A stretch of DNA of 64,000 bases from Octopus vulgaris (lineage: Eukaryota), in NCBI GenBank assembly GCA_951406725.2, contig OX597815.1:41540001-41604000 (forward strand), read 5' to 3'. Every line of letters begins with the position of its first letter. The stretch's first letter is position 1. The notes below the pieces were generated by a model. It searched no databases and was not told where the DNA came from. It saw nothing but the letters and a program-made list of their open reading frames with translations. The position numbers and the translations under genes were made by a program. Below are positions 38,230 through 51,500 of the stretch, one piece after another.

Positions 38230-38445
38230 GAAGGTGGTGATCTGGCAGAATTGTTAGCATGCCAGGCAAAATACTTAGCAGCATTTTATCCATCTGTATG
38301 TTCTGAGTTTAAATTCCGACAGCCAGCTTTGCCTTCCATCCTCTCAGGATCAATAAAATAATTTCCAGTAGAAGTCTGGAGTCAGTGTAATCGACTAGCC
38401 ACCCCCTCCGAACTTAATGGCCTTGTGCCAAAATTTGAAACCAAT
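38230..38445 (+). mobile_element. SINE family B
   Basis: AAGGTGGTGATCTGGCAGAATTGTTAGC...GCCTTCCATCC...GCCTTGTGCCAAAATTTGAAACC. Confidence 0.8.
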
Positions 38446-39519
38446 AACAGGACCAAAGGAAAATACTCCAAGGAAGTGTACTGCATGCTAAATACAAATA
38501 TGGTAAAGTCTCAAACATGTAATATGAGTTGAGACACTTTTATCAACTGAGCATGTTTAAAACCTTGGATCAGCGAATTATCATTAGAGTTAGCTCTTTG
38601 GCTTGTTTCTAGATTTGAAATGGTAGAAGGAATTTTTATCTGTTAATTGCAATAATCTTAATCACTTTTTCAATTCAATAACAAGAGAGCATGTCACTAA
38701 CGAGAGACCAGAGATGTCAGTTTATATCAAAAGCATTAAAAGTTGTAATAGCCTTGATACTTTGTGTATTTTAACTAATTACTTGTTAATTTCCATTTAG
38801 TTTGATGACTGCCACTCTTTATTTTGATGGGCTGTCATAGAATGAAATAACTTGCTGAAGGGCACAACACTACTTGTTATGATAGAAGAGTATATTTATT
38901 AGCTGAGAGGTACTTTATACAATTATCTGTTGTTAAAGAAGTTGAATAAATTAATGCCATCACTGTGAATTGAAATTGCACTCTCTTGAACTTCAGAAAC
39001 CTAATACTTCAATTCATAATGCTATGCTGTGAAAGGAAGTGATTGAAACCCATTTGAATATCAAATGTTCTGTCAAAGAATACTGTATTTTAAATGCTGC
39101 TTTATTCATATGTTTAGTCTGTGTGCTAGATAAGAATAATGTAATAGCATTATTATATTTTGTTTTAAAGCTAATCTGCTGCATAGACAATACTTGTACC
39201 ATTTTCAGACCCTTTTAGACAAGAATAACTTGCTAGTGCAGCTAATGTTTTGTTTTAATTCTTCCCATTTACAATTTGAAGGTTATACATGGGACAGCAA
39301 GTATCCCAGGGTATGCATTTCTTGGTGGGAATGATTGGGCTCTGCTGCACAAAGATACATCATGGTTGGTAAACTCTGTAAATTGATTGGAATCTGGTTG
39401 TTCTAATCAACCGTAGACAAGAGCTGTCAATGTCTGTAAAACATGGGGAAAATAAATCAAACATTATCAAGTATTCTTCAACAGCTAGATGAATGCCTGT
39501 ATGCTTGCATATGTTTTCT

Positions 39520-39898
39520 ATCTTTTACTTGTTTCAATCATTGAACTATATATCCATGCTGGGGCACCACCCTGACAAGATTTGGGGTTTTTTGTAGTCA
39601 AACAAATTGACCCCAGTATTTTTCTTTTCTAAGTCTAGTACTTAATTGATCTGCCTCTTTTGCTGAACTGCTAACTTGCAGGGATGTAACCAAACCAACA
39701 CCAGCAGGGGGACAAATGCAACATGTATGGTAAGACAGGGGCTTCTTTCAGTTTCTTTCTACCAAAACCACACACAAGACTTTGGTCAGCCCAGAGCTAT
39801 ATCAGAAGATACTTGCCCAAAGTGCCATGCAGAGGGACTGAATCCAGAGCCATGTGGTTGGGAAGCAAGCTTCTTACCAACAGCCATGCCTACACCTA
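39520..39898 (-). mobile_element. SINE family A
   Basis: Collinear with 4653-5074. Confidence 0.85.
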
Positions 39899-40854
39899 TA
39901 AGAAATAATTGTTTAGTTGTCATTGCTTGTCTTTTTGTTAATAGCAAAGCTGAACTGTTAACAGATTTGAATTTAAGTCTATTGTATGGAGAAAAATCCT
40001 GTTACGATTTTTTTTTTTAATAGTTTTTGACTTATATAAAATTTCTTGTAAAAGTACGTAAATCAGCTAAAAAATAAATATAAAGCTAATGATTGTTACA
40101 AAGCTCTCTGCTATAAAATGCTGAAAAAAGAGAAATTTAATTTCATTCTAGGCTTGTTTATTTACTTGTAGCGACAACAATACTATTTTGCAATGTTTTA
40201 AAATTTTGTTTTGCATGAATTATATTAAACTTGAGATAGCAATAATGATGTTGATAATGATATAAATTATGGCATTTGGCAGTTGCACTAGTTTTGCTGC
40301 CTACCAGCACTTTTTCTGTGCTTAAAATTGTATGCTAAGAGGTTTTGTTTCCAATCCAATCGTTTCAACTTCCAGTATGAGAGAAAGAGTTCATTGAGTA
40401 AGAAATGTGGTTCCTTGGAGATGTAACAGAGAAAATGGGTAAATTTTGCCTTGCAGCATAATTTGTAGATTTAAAAAAACAAGATCAGAATGACCAATCT
40501 AACAGTCTCACTAATTATAGTGATTTATAATTATTTTCTCATGTTTACTTCTTGGTGTTTGCTTATCTACAAATTAAAGTCTTAAAGACAAATCGTTATC
40601 AGTTAAGTAAAAGATTAATTTACTAGTGTTATTTAGTATATAATGCTTGGTGGTTTATTTCTTACTAATTAAAAATTTTACTTCTCACTTATAAAAGTAA
40701 TCTGATAGTGTCATTAGATTATTTTTAAGCCATTGAATTTCTTCAATGTAGATCGTTTTTAACTATGAAAATGACACATATAGAAGCTAAAGTAGGACAT
40801 TCGTCTAATTTGTAAAGAGTTAAACATTTTTTCAAATAACCTTTTCTAGCAACT

Positions 40855-41052
40855 GATGTTTACTCTTCTAATCATATGATTGGTCTGCTCTTTAATCACC
40901 TTATTTTGCTATGGTGTCTGCTAGAAACACCATGTGGTGCCAGACTATTTGAAACCAATGTTTGCTCTTCTTGATAACCATATGACTGGTCTGCTTTTAA
41001 TCACCTCATTTTGCTATGATGTCAACTAGAAACACCATCAAGCAGTGCCAGA
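40855..41052 (+). repeat. Diverged tandem duplication (two copies of about 100 bp)
   Basis: CATATGATTGGTCTGCTCTTTAATCACCTTATTTTGCTATG..CTAGAAACACCAT vs CATATGACTGGTCTGCTTTTAATCACCTCATTTTGCTATG..CTAGAAACACCAT. Confidence 0.85.
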
Positions 41053-41987
41053 ATTTTTCCTGCAGAAAACAGTTATTGTATGCATCCTGTTATGTGTATG
41101 AGTGCCAGCTCAGACTGTTTGATCCACATTGCTTGATTTTCCAAGTTAGACCCTGCTTACCATGTCTGCTTGGCTGAGGATTCAATTGGGTTGACTGCTT
41201 GTGTTAGTTGACCACATGCCATGTGGTCATAGCAGATAAGAAGTACCTCATGAAGATGGGGACTGACTGGGACTGTGCTTGATGGATTGCCCAGAAAGAC
41301 CCAGGAATATAGAAATGGTGATGCAGCAATGAGCTGCAATGGCATATACTCTCACACCTAACCTGGCTTTCAATATAACTAAAAACAGAATAGTAATTTA
41401 TCTCAAGAAACTAGTTAATTCTAAGAGTATATAATATAAAATCTGATAGTACAAGAGAAAGACAGGTTGGACTATTATGTATTGCAATGTCAAATAGATG
41501 ATGTGTTAAAAAGTGAGAATTTTTATCAACTCATTAATATTGTTCTGTAAAAGTCAAGCAAGGTGCTGTTATTCCTATCTGAACATTGAGTACCATTGAA
41601 CACAAGGTTGTTGTTATTTCAAGACAGCTCTGATCGAAGGCAGCCCAGCCATGGCAATTCCATTCTTTATCTAGTCTAGCATAGTATTTCTGAACCACAA
41701 ATGGACTAGCTTTCCTGAATATGGTAAGATCTAAGAGAAATTTGGCTACTGTTATTTGCAGATAAAATTATCTTATCACTCCCTCGGTTGTTTGATTAAT
41801 CACCTGTTTCAACTTGTATATAGCCCTTATTGCTCTGGTTTCTCATCTTGTTAAAGCTATCTTTTTTATGTTCTGCCAAGTTAGAGATAGTACACCTACA
41901 GTAAAGAGGATTTCTGCTGTAGAAAACAAACCTTTGGACTTATATACAATTCTGTCAGTTACTGCCTGCATGCAAGTTTACTGACAT

Positions 41988-41992
41988 AGAAA

Positions 41993-42023
<31 letters not shown>
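41988..42023. repeat. (AAAT)n microsatellite
   Basis: Direct reading. Confidence 0.95.
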
Positions 42024-43380
42024 GTCAGGTATCAGCTTGTTGATGTTTTCTTGTTGGCTGTCATTTGTTGAAATTAATTAAACCTTGAAGATTTCATGTT
42101 ACCCTTTCAGCCTGTTAATGGTATCTGTAAAAAAACAACATTTCAATTAAATAATTTTCCTGGTATCAACTCGTAAACTAGATATTTGAGACATGTTCAA
42201 AATAAAATACCAAATAAACCTTTGAGGGTTATCAAATGTATACAACTGGTTGTATGTGTGAGATTGATGGTGAAGTGGTAAAGAGAATTAGAAAATTGAT
42301 AGAAATCACCTGGCAAGGAATTTATGTTAGATAGAAAAAGTTAACAGATAAGACTTTAAAGTTTTTTTTTTATTTTTAGTTTGTTTTTCTTGGGGGTGGG
42401 GTAGTTTTTTTCCGGAAATGTTAATTGCTATATTTGTAATATTTCTTTTCTTTTAATTTTATAAAAAATAGAAATAAGAATAAATAAATAATAAAAAAAG
42501 TGGGTAAAATGTGTGTTTTGCAATAAGGGATTTTTGTTTTTTGTCCTTTTGCCAGGTGTGTATCAGCCCCCAACAACACATCCACCACCACCATTATCAT
42601 CATCTTTACCAAAATTACTTTTATGCAGGTGCAAAAGCATTTGCATTATCTAGAGTTTCTTTTTATTTAAAGATACAAAGTATTTCTAGTGTTGAAGTTT
42701 CACTAAGGAAATTAACTGTGACTACAGTTTAAATACCTATGATTAAAAATGTCAGAACTGTGAGGAAACTAACTTGTCTGAGGGTGGGGAGTATGACCAC
42801 AAAAAAAAAATTATAAATAATAGAAAAAACCCTAAAAATTAATTTCCCTTTTCATGATTTTTTTTTTTTATTACAAAGTTGTCTTTCTGTTAACATTATG
42901 AATTTTACCTACTTCTTCCAGATGTCCAGTTAACAAAAGCCACCTAAAAATGTTTTTGTTTTTAATTAGTTCCAGAAAAAAAAAGTGTTGTTGATAGTCA
43001 AAACTAGTTAGATGATTGTTATTTTGAAAGGCATAAAAAAAGCCTTGTTTATAATGATTTATTATTTTAATTGGAAAGAAAATTGCTACATTTCAACTTC
43101 ATTAAGGTTAATTTATCTAAATCATGTTACTATTAGGTTTGTTAAAAGCAAACTATATAACTAAACACCTGAAATTCCAGATGGTTAATCTCACATTCAT
43201 TGTATTCTATTTAAATATCTGTCAAATTATACAATAACTAAAGATAATTAGTGCCAACATTATCTTGGAGCTGATGTATTATACTGGAGGAGAGACAACA
43301 GTATAAATGAAATTGTATAAAATGAAAATCTTATTGAGTCAATAACTCACACACACCTAGAGCTAGTATTCTTGTGACAC

Positions 43381-44265
43381 TACACGGAGATCAGATCAAG
43401 GAGAATCCGGACTGTTGCCATAGTAAGAAAGCTAAAGCATGCATACAGATTGAAGCCGTTTGGCACAGATTGACATTGAACTCTGCTGTGCATGCACACT
43501 AAGTTTTAATGTTCTAGCTCACTACCGCTGTTTACAGCAGTGCTTGGAAGGAAGATGTGTAGCATGTAATCCTCGCATTGACTATGACAGGGAAAGTTGT
43601 TATGGCAATACCTGTCAGAGGCCTATGCAAAGTTGCACAAACTGTATGAGCCACACACAAGTGTACAAGTGGTTCAGATGTCTCCAAGATGGCTGAAAAA
43701 ATGTTGATATTGACAAACATTCTGGGAGACCCACAACCAGCAGAATTAAGAAAAACATTACAGATGTGCATGCACCATCATTGAATCACCATCTGTGAGT
43801 TAGTTATCAGAGGATGTGCAGATTAGTTACAGTTTAGTTAAGTCCATTATCACTGAAGATTTGGGTATGAGACATGTACTTGCCAAGTTTGTGCCAAAAC
43901 TGCTTTCAGCTGACCAAAATGACATTCAGGTTTCAGTTGCTCCAGATCACCTTGATTGTGTTCAGAACAATGAAAACAGTTTTGAAACTTTACATAGGCC
44001 TCTGAGCAGTTATTGCCAAGATTTTGGCAAAATTTAATGCAGATTCTCTGCTCAACTTGCTCTGTCATGGTCAGTGTGACAATCACACACTATACACCTT
44101 TCTCCCAAGCACTTCTGTAAACAACAGAAGTGAGCTAGAATGTAAAAACTTAGTGCACATGCACAGCAGAGTTCAAGGCCAATCTGTGCCAAGCAGCTTC
44201 ACTCTGCATGCTTTAGCTTCATTACTATGTCAACAGTCTGGATACTTATTGATCAGACCACATAT
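43381..44265. mobile_element. mariner-derived foldback element made of two inverted 5' ends
   Basis: 43381-43645 is the diverged reverse complement of 43975-44265. Plus strand carries CMSHTQVYKWFRCLQDG*KNVDIDKHSGRPTT...IITEDLGMRHVLAKFVPKLLS; minus strand carries MTEQVEQRICIKFCQNLGNNCSEAY. Confidence 0.88.
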
Positions 44266-44359
44266 ATCATAAATTAATAGAGAAAATATTATTGGAGCCC
44301 TTTTAATGAATTTCATATTTTTGCTTCAGTTTATCAGAGTTGAATTTTACTCTTATCCC

Positions 44360-44450
44360 CTCCATCACCATTCCTATTCTTCATTTCCAGAGCTACAACC
44401 ATTTGGAATTACCTCCCTGCCTACATATTTCTTGTAAACATTGATGATTA
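44360..44450 (+). pseudogene. C-terminal relic of a CR1/L2-type LINE ORF2
   Basis: FPRATTIWNYLPAYIF resembles the SFFPRT...WN.LP terminal motif. Confidence 0.5.
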
Positions 44451-44927
44451 AGCTAAGCCTTAATCCAAGCCTTATTTAAACAATACAATCTTACATGGAC
44501 CCCAGTTGAGAAACTCTGTCTTAATTTCAGTTGTCAATGGTCATGGCCAGAGTAGGTACAAACACAATTTAACAGAATATATACACACTGTACACATACA
44601 AACTTACTGCGTACATAATACTACCAGTACTTTCAGCAAAGTTTATAACTGATTCCGATACATTTTCTAATTTACAATGGAACATAATAAATGGGTTCAA
44701 ATTTTTAAAAGGGATATAATTGCAAGGAAGTGTATAGAACCTAGTATGTGTGTGTTTATATTTTTTTGCAGTATGCCATTAGTTGTATAACAAAGTTTCA
44801 CATCAGTATCCAAATGAATATTAGTAATCATCTGTGTATCCATAAATATCCATCTGTGTTTCACCATGAAACCATGGTGATGATATAGTTACTGAAATAC
44901 ATACACTTCTTTCTCTCTGTCTGATTT

Positions 44928-45485
44928 TATCATCATCATCATCATCATCATCATTTAACTTCTGTTTTCTACTCTAGCATGGGTTGGATGGTTTGACAGA
45001 AGCTGACAAACCAGAGAACTTAATCAAGCTCCACTGTCTGTTTTGGCAAGGTTTTTATAGCTGGATGCTCTTTCTCATGCCAAACACTTTACAGGTTGGA
45101 CTAGGTGCTTTTTATGTAGCACCAGCACCCATGGGGGTCTGTATTGGAATGGTTTTTACAGCTAAATGTCCTTCCTAATACCAACCACCTTATAGAGTTG
45201 ACTGCGTGCTTTTCACATGACACCATGACATCCATTGTCCCATATAGGCAGGAGTTAAATATGTCTGTTTCAGCACAATGTCTACCTCTTGTCATGGTCT
45301 TTGCCATCTTTTTTCATGAGGTTCAGCATTCTGAGATCAGATCTTACCAGTTCACTCATTTTCATCCAATTGTTATCCTTCATACACACAACATGTCTGT
45401 ACCAATGCATTCTTTTGTCTTGCACTCTGTCTGATTCAATGCCAATATCTTATTCACATGCAACATCACACCCACATGCAAGTAT
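44928..45485 (-). mobile_element. Degenerate RTE LINE 3' end
   Basis: (CAT)n tail, family C UTR motifs, then ORF relic similar to 52280-52500. Confidence 0.65.
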
Positions 45486-45499
45486 TATATAATCTGCCT

Positions 45500-45640
45500 T
45501 CAAATGCAGCTGAGGTCAGCTTTGCCTTTCATCCTTTCAAGGTCGATAAAATAAGTACCAGTTAAGCACTGGGGTCAATGATAGCAAATTATCCCTTTCC
45601 TTAAAACTGCTGGTCTTGTACCAAAATTTGAAATTATTAT
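45500..45640 (+). mobile_element. SINE family B 3' part
   Basis: GCCTTTCATCCTTTCAAGGTCGATAAAATAAGTACCAG central domain. Confidence 0.8.
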
Positions 45641-46454
45641 ATATTCTTTCTTTCACTTGAAGTGTAAAAACCTCATATTTCCCTACACAGAAATGTTTCC
45701 ATCTAGATACTACTACTATGACAAAATACACAAACTTGGCTATGTGGTTTATGAAATTCAATTAGCAACCATGCAGCTTTGAGTTCCCTTGTAACACCTT
45801 GAGCTTGTGTCTTCTACTATACTCTTATATTGAGCAATGTCATATACTGAAATTGTTAAACAGAAATTGTGCAGAAGCCTTTTGTATGTGTCTATGTGTT
45901 GCAAGAGGGTTTATTTCTATGTGTCTTTGGATTGATACCGTTTGTGTGATGGTGACTTATATCTCCTGTAAACAATGCCCCTATATCTTGTGGCTGGGTA
46001 GGGTTTTTTTTTTCTTTTAGTTTCAACATGTGAAGACCAGTGGAACAAAAAATTATTTTGTTTGAAAAATTGATATGTTTTGGCCACATGGAGGGCATCC
46101 AGCCATAAAATACTGCTTGACTGTCTTGTCCATGCCAACGTGGAAAAGATGTGAGAGTAGTTTTGCTGATACATGAGCACAGAGAGAATTGAACCTGTGA
46201 TATTCTTTATTTCATTTTATTTAAAAGAAAAATTACATCACTTTCCTACAGCCAGAACCATTCGGCTTCTTTTCACAAGAATAAATTTTTCGCAAGAAAG
46301 TGTTTTCTGTGGGATTTTAGGAATGTTGCATATCTTATAGAATAAACATTTGCTATTTTGTTAATGGAGCCCTAAATTTAAAATTCAGTAATCTGAATGA
46401 GATATTTAATTAGCATTTTGTATATGTGCTCTCTACAATTTAGTCAATGTTGTT

Positions 46455-46743
46455 TGTTTGTTCCTTCTCAAGCCATGCCTGGCTCATATCGGTCGGTTTC
46501 CTAGTTTCATTGGTGTATAGGTTTCCCACCTGAATGGGATGCCAGTCTGTCACAGGTGAGCTGCTAGATGCAGGAAGAAAGTGTGAGAGAATGTTGTGGT
46601 GAAAGAGTCAACAGAGGTTCACCATTAACTTCTGCTGGAGCCACATGGGGCTTAGGTGTTTCACTCATAAATACACACATCACCTGGTCTGAGATTTAAA
46701 CCCATGATCCCTCTGCTCTAACCACTAGGCCATGTGCCTCCAC
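46455..46743 (-). mobile_element. SINE family D head and body with an alternative (AAC/AAAC)n tail
   Basis: Minus strand GGAGGCACATGGCCTAGTGGTTAGAGCAG...TGAGTGAAACACCTAAGCCCC matches 11518-11700; the 3' part differs. Confidence 0.75.
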
Positions 46744-46994
46744 AATCAGTCAATGTATTTTATAGAAATTAAAACAATCCCTTTCTAAACTATTTTTTAC
46801 TTCACGTATTTTTTTTTTTTACACAAATAACTGAATTTGTCATTTTAATAACCAAGAAAGACTTTTTTCTTTAATTTTTCTTGAGTTCTAGGACTCATTA
46901 AACTAGTTGCCTGGTTTCCATGGTGTTTATGTGACTGATTATCATAACATTCACCCTAAACAGGATGCCACGCTGTTGCAGGGTTTGAGGCAAG

Positions 46995-47185
46995 CATTTT
47001 TGAAGGGAGGGAACAAGTTGGTTACATTGACTCTAGCATTTGATTGGTACTTTATTTCATCAACCCCAAGGGGATGAAAAGCAATGCTGACCTCAGTTGG
47101 ATTTGAACACAGAACATAAAAAACCAGAAGAAATACCTCTAAGCATTTTGTCTATCATGCTAACAATTCTGCCAACTTGCCACCA
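46995..47185 (-). mobile_element. SINE family B, diverged
   Basis: GGATGAAAAGCAATGCTGACCTCAG...GCTAACAATTCTGCCAACTTGCCACC. Confidence 0.7.
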
Positions 47186-48199
47186 AAATATATACTATTC
47201 TAAAATTTAAATAGACATTAAATTTACTTAAAAAATAATCAAATAAATTAATTGCTTATGAAATCAGCTTCCTTTATTTTTAGTTTCAATTTCCTTTTCC
47301 TTTTTTTATCTTCTTGGTGTCTAACAAACTATACTTTACCAGTAAATTCTCATGTCTGTTTGTCTTTGAGTCATAATTGCTATTCCTTAATAACAAATTT
47401 GTAAATTTTGAAGATCATAACAAATACAATTGGTACTTAAAGCAAATTTTATTTCAATTGGTCCTTCATTGGGAGAATGAAGAGGTTTTTACAAAAAAAT
47501 AAAATGTTGCCAACTTCTTATAAATGCTGCATACGTGACATTTCTTCCATCTCATAGTTCCATTCTATTATCTAATTCAAAATTATTTTCATTACAAAGC
47601 ACTTTGAAATTATAAACTACTTTCCATTGGTAAAGGAGTCTGAAAATATTCCAGTTCTTCCATTCTGGTATTCTTCGTGAAGTTGAAATCTCTACTGTTC
47701 ACATTATGTATGATTCAAAATATTTAAGTTTTCTCATTTCTATTTTCTTGCTATGGGTACTGTGTCAACGTCCGTTGTTGACCTTTTCAATTTAAATATA
47801 AAAAAAATAAAATTGTTTTCCAAATACAGGCATCATATCAAAAATATTCTCACATTAAATACATCTGCTATGGCAATTAAGAAATCAAGAATGCGAGAAA
47901 CAGAGTTCATAAAGTAGATTTAGATTGATTGATGCAGCTATAATTTAAAAATAAAAATATTTAACTCCGAGCTGAAAGTTTGGTTAGTATGAGAAAATAA
48001 TTCACCACACTTCTGTTTTTTTGGGGTTAAAACTCAGGATTTTCATTTTCCGTTTTATTAGTAATTTTTTTGGTACATATAAACTATTCAAGTTTTTAAT
48101 AGAAATTATTAATATAATGTTAACTGAAAAACTAGCTACACCTCATTGATCTGGTGCAATAAATAAATGTGCGAACATAATATACTTAGTGTTTTAATA

Positions 48200-48401
48200 A
48201 TTCTTTTACTTGTTTCAGTCATTTAACTGCAGCCATGCTGGAGCAGCGCCTTAAAGGGTATTTTAGTCAAAGAAATTGACCTCAAGACTTATTTTTTGTA
48301 AGCGTAGTACTTATTCTATCAGTTTCTTTTGCCGAACTGCTAAATTACAGGACGTAAACACACCAGCAATGGTGGGGGACAAGCAGACACAAAGATATGC
48401 A

Positions 48402-48449
<48 letters not shown>

Positions 48450-48526
48450 ACAGGCTTCTATTAGTTTCCATCTACTAAATCCACTCACAAAGCTTTAGGC
48501 AGCCCAAGGCTATAGTAGAAGACACT
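48200..48526 (-). mobile_element. SINE family A, 5'-truncated
   Basis: Collinear with 4653-4990; stops after GTAGAAGACACT. Confidence 0.85.
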
Positions 48527-51500
48527 AATATATATTGCTAATCTATTAGAGGTTTTACTATTTTCCATTTAGATATAACCTTAGCATTTCTAAAGCTCAT
48601 TGATTTAACATGCTAAACTATCCATTGCTTATAGTTTTGTACTGTCAGAGAAATTTAAGTTTGAAAGGATGTTTTAAAAATTCTCTTTCCGATGAGGTTT
48701 AGAAGTGGATACAGAAGTTGCTTGTGGATATTTTGTGTGCATGGTAAGATGTTAAGTGAAGAGTTGTCAGTAGTATATGAATCAATGTATTTGGCAGTAA
48801 GAGTATATTGTTAATGTGAGAAAGTAAGCTTGGGAAATTACTGAGTTTTTCAGATTATAGTCAGTTTATTTGATACATGTAGTAAAAAGACTTACAATCT
48901 GGATGTTCTGAATAGTCTGTAGACAAGTAGATTTGCCTGAAGTTATTTATGATTTTTTTCCTTTCAGACATAGCTGAAAGCTTTGCTGATATCTTGAACT
49001 ATGCTTTTTCCCAAAGTTCTCAAATATAAAAGATACTTGGCATATGATATACAAGAGCAAATAGTTCCACGTGTGATGAAAGAGTCAAAATGGTCATAGT
49101 AGCTTTAAATTCTTATCAATTTTATCACCTTAGAAATATTAGATCTGAAAGTAATATGGTATGGTTTCAATGCTCTGTTCTTTCTGTTATTTGAAATGTG
49201 TAACAGAGTTGCATATTTTGATATCCTGAATTTATAGCAAAGAGTAAGGGAGCCTGCACATGCACTCACACATATATATGCACATGCATGCATAGTATTT
49301 GAGAAATTGAAGTTTCTGAGGACATTGAGAAAACTCAAAGACAGTGAGTGGAAGAAGACTCAGCTCATCTGGTAATATCTACTGAGTCTTTGTTCTGTTG
49401 AATTTAAGAAAAGGGATCTTAAATTCAAGAAGCCGAGATGCATTTCACTAACTAATTTCAACATTAATAAAAGAGTGTTGTGAACATTATAATTTACACT
49501 TTAAACCTAATACTTAACACAAAAGATATAAATATACTGTTAATGATATTTTATTCTTATGAACTGTGATAACATTATTTTCAGTTGGTTGAAAAATCTT
49601 GCAGAAGAGTATAAATATATGAATAAATATATCCCACTTTTACTGCTTATGTTAAGTCATGCTGACCTTTAGGAATAAATTGCATAGAAGAAATGTTTCC
49701 TTGCAAACAGTATCTTCTACACAGTGTTTGTTAATATATGAGATATATTTAGTTAATGTGTTCAGGCAGTTATCTTCAGTAATGAGTTTTGGTTGGTTGT
49801 CAAAGAATTCAGTATTGATAACTTAGCTTTGGTACATCAGTATATGGTGTATAGATATGGTCAGTTATGTCAGCATTGAAGAGCAGCATTGAAGTCTAAC
49901 AATGTTGATTCATTGAATTGAGTAACTAGATAATACAAAAGCCTGGTGGCGATCATATCCAAAATATTAAAGAAAATTTGAAAGAAAAACTTGGTGCAGC
50001 TCACATCTGAAAAGAGTTAAAAATAAAGAGGAAAATAGCTTCAAATATTTTTGTAATTGTTATTGACTAATGAGAAGCATAAATATTTTCTCATTTGTTT
50101 AAAGTTTCTTTTCTTATTCTAATTAGATATTATTTGTATTGTTGTTTTAATTATCAGTATGCAAAGATAATCAAATGAAACAGGATAATTAAGTTCCAGT
50201 ATTCTAGCTATATAATTCCATTACAGTGTGCCATTTTCTGAAGGTTTTACTATTAATTACAAATGTGGTAAAGTACTAAATGTATCATTCATTCTTACAA
50301 GTATAATCATCTAAAGAGGGAAATACCTAAGCCTTCAGATTGACGAAGTATAATCTCTCATGTGGCAAAAATGGTTAAATTGTTCTATTTTTATACTGTA
50401 AGAAGAATTTGGTAATTACATAAACATGCAATGTATTTTTTATGTAACACTGGCACTGCTTATGTTTTGTTTACCTCAATTAAATCTATGCTATTGAAAA
50501 AGAGGTGTGTTTTTTTTTAAAAACTATATCTTAGGAAGTTGACATTAGTTTTATATAATTTCTTATTTCTCTTATCTGTAAAAGCAATAGATTTTTCTTT
50601 ATTCCCATTGAGTGGGATGGTATTTGGAGAAAAATAACCCATGTTGATATATTTTTTTGTGTCTATTAATGTATTCATTGGCCAGCATATGTGATTTCTT
50701 AGTTTTCTAAAAGGACAAAAAATAGTGCCAATATGAAAGTGTTAGGCAACATCAGACTTCAAGAAATATCATTCACTTCTCTCTTCTAATATCTAACAAT
50801 AATACCCATGGATTTCTTTCAAAGATCAAAGCATAAATGAAAAACATGAAAGTTATATAAATGAAAAGAGCTTGAATTACTCAAACAATCAAATTACAGT
50901 TGCTAATTAGTATCTAATTACAGTAAGCAATTTATGGAATTCAGAAAAGGGTTGTTGCTAATGCTACAAGTAATTTTTGAATGGATTTAATCTATACAAA
51001 TGTTAGATAAGTTTACTACAAAAGTAAAATAAGTTTTCAGATGTGCATTTTATAAAAGCTATACTATGGCATGAAGTAATATGGGCTTGGGGTAGGAGAT
51101 AAGTTTGTTGTTTTTCTTGTTTATCCTCAAATAAGTTAAACAGTTAAGGAGTTTGCTTTGCAATCTTGAGGACCCAGGTTTGATCACATTGCATAATAAT
51201 TTGGGCAAGTGTCTTTACCATTGCCTCAGTCAGCCCAAGGCTTGTGAAGGATATTGAGTTGATTGGAGCTGTACAGAAGCCTATCAGATGGATTGTATCT
51301 TTAACTTTGAGGATACACACGTCTTTGGAAGATTCTGCCACATACACACTAATTCAACAAGCAAATAATTCAGTTGATTAAATAACCTCCTTTGTCAAAA
51401 CAGATAGAGATTTACTTATTTATTTGCTTAAAATCAGATATTTTATTCATGGCCATTTTATATATATTTTTACCTTAGTACAGTACACTTGGGGCCATAT

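Noticed and set aside
48968-49100. Acceptor TTTTTCCTTTCAG followed by a protein-like peptide (IAESFADILNYAF...)
   Set aside because: The frame stops after about 20 codons and no partner exon or homology is evident; such acceptors are common by chance in AT-rich DNA.
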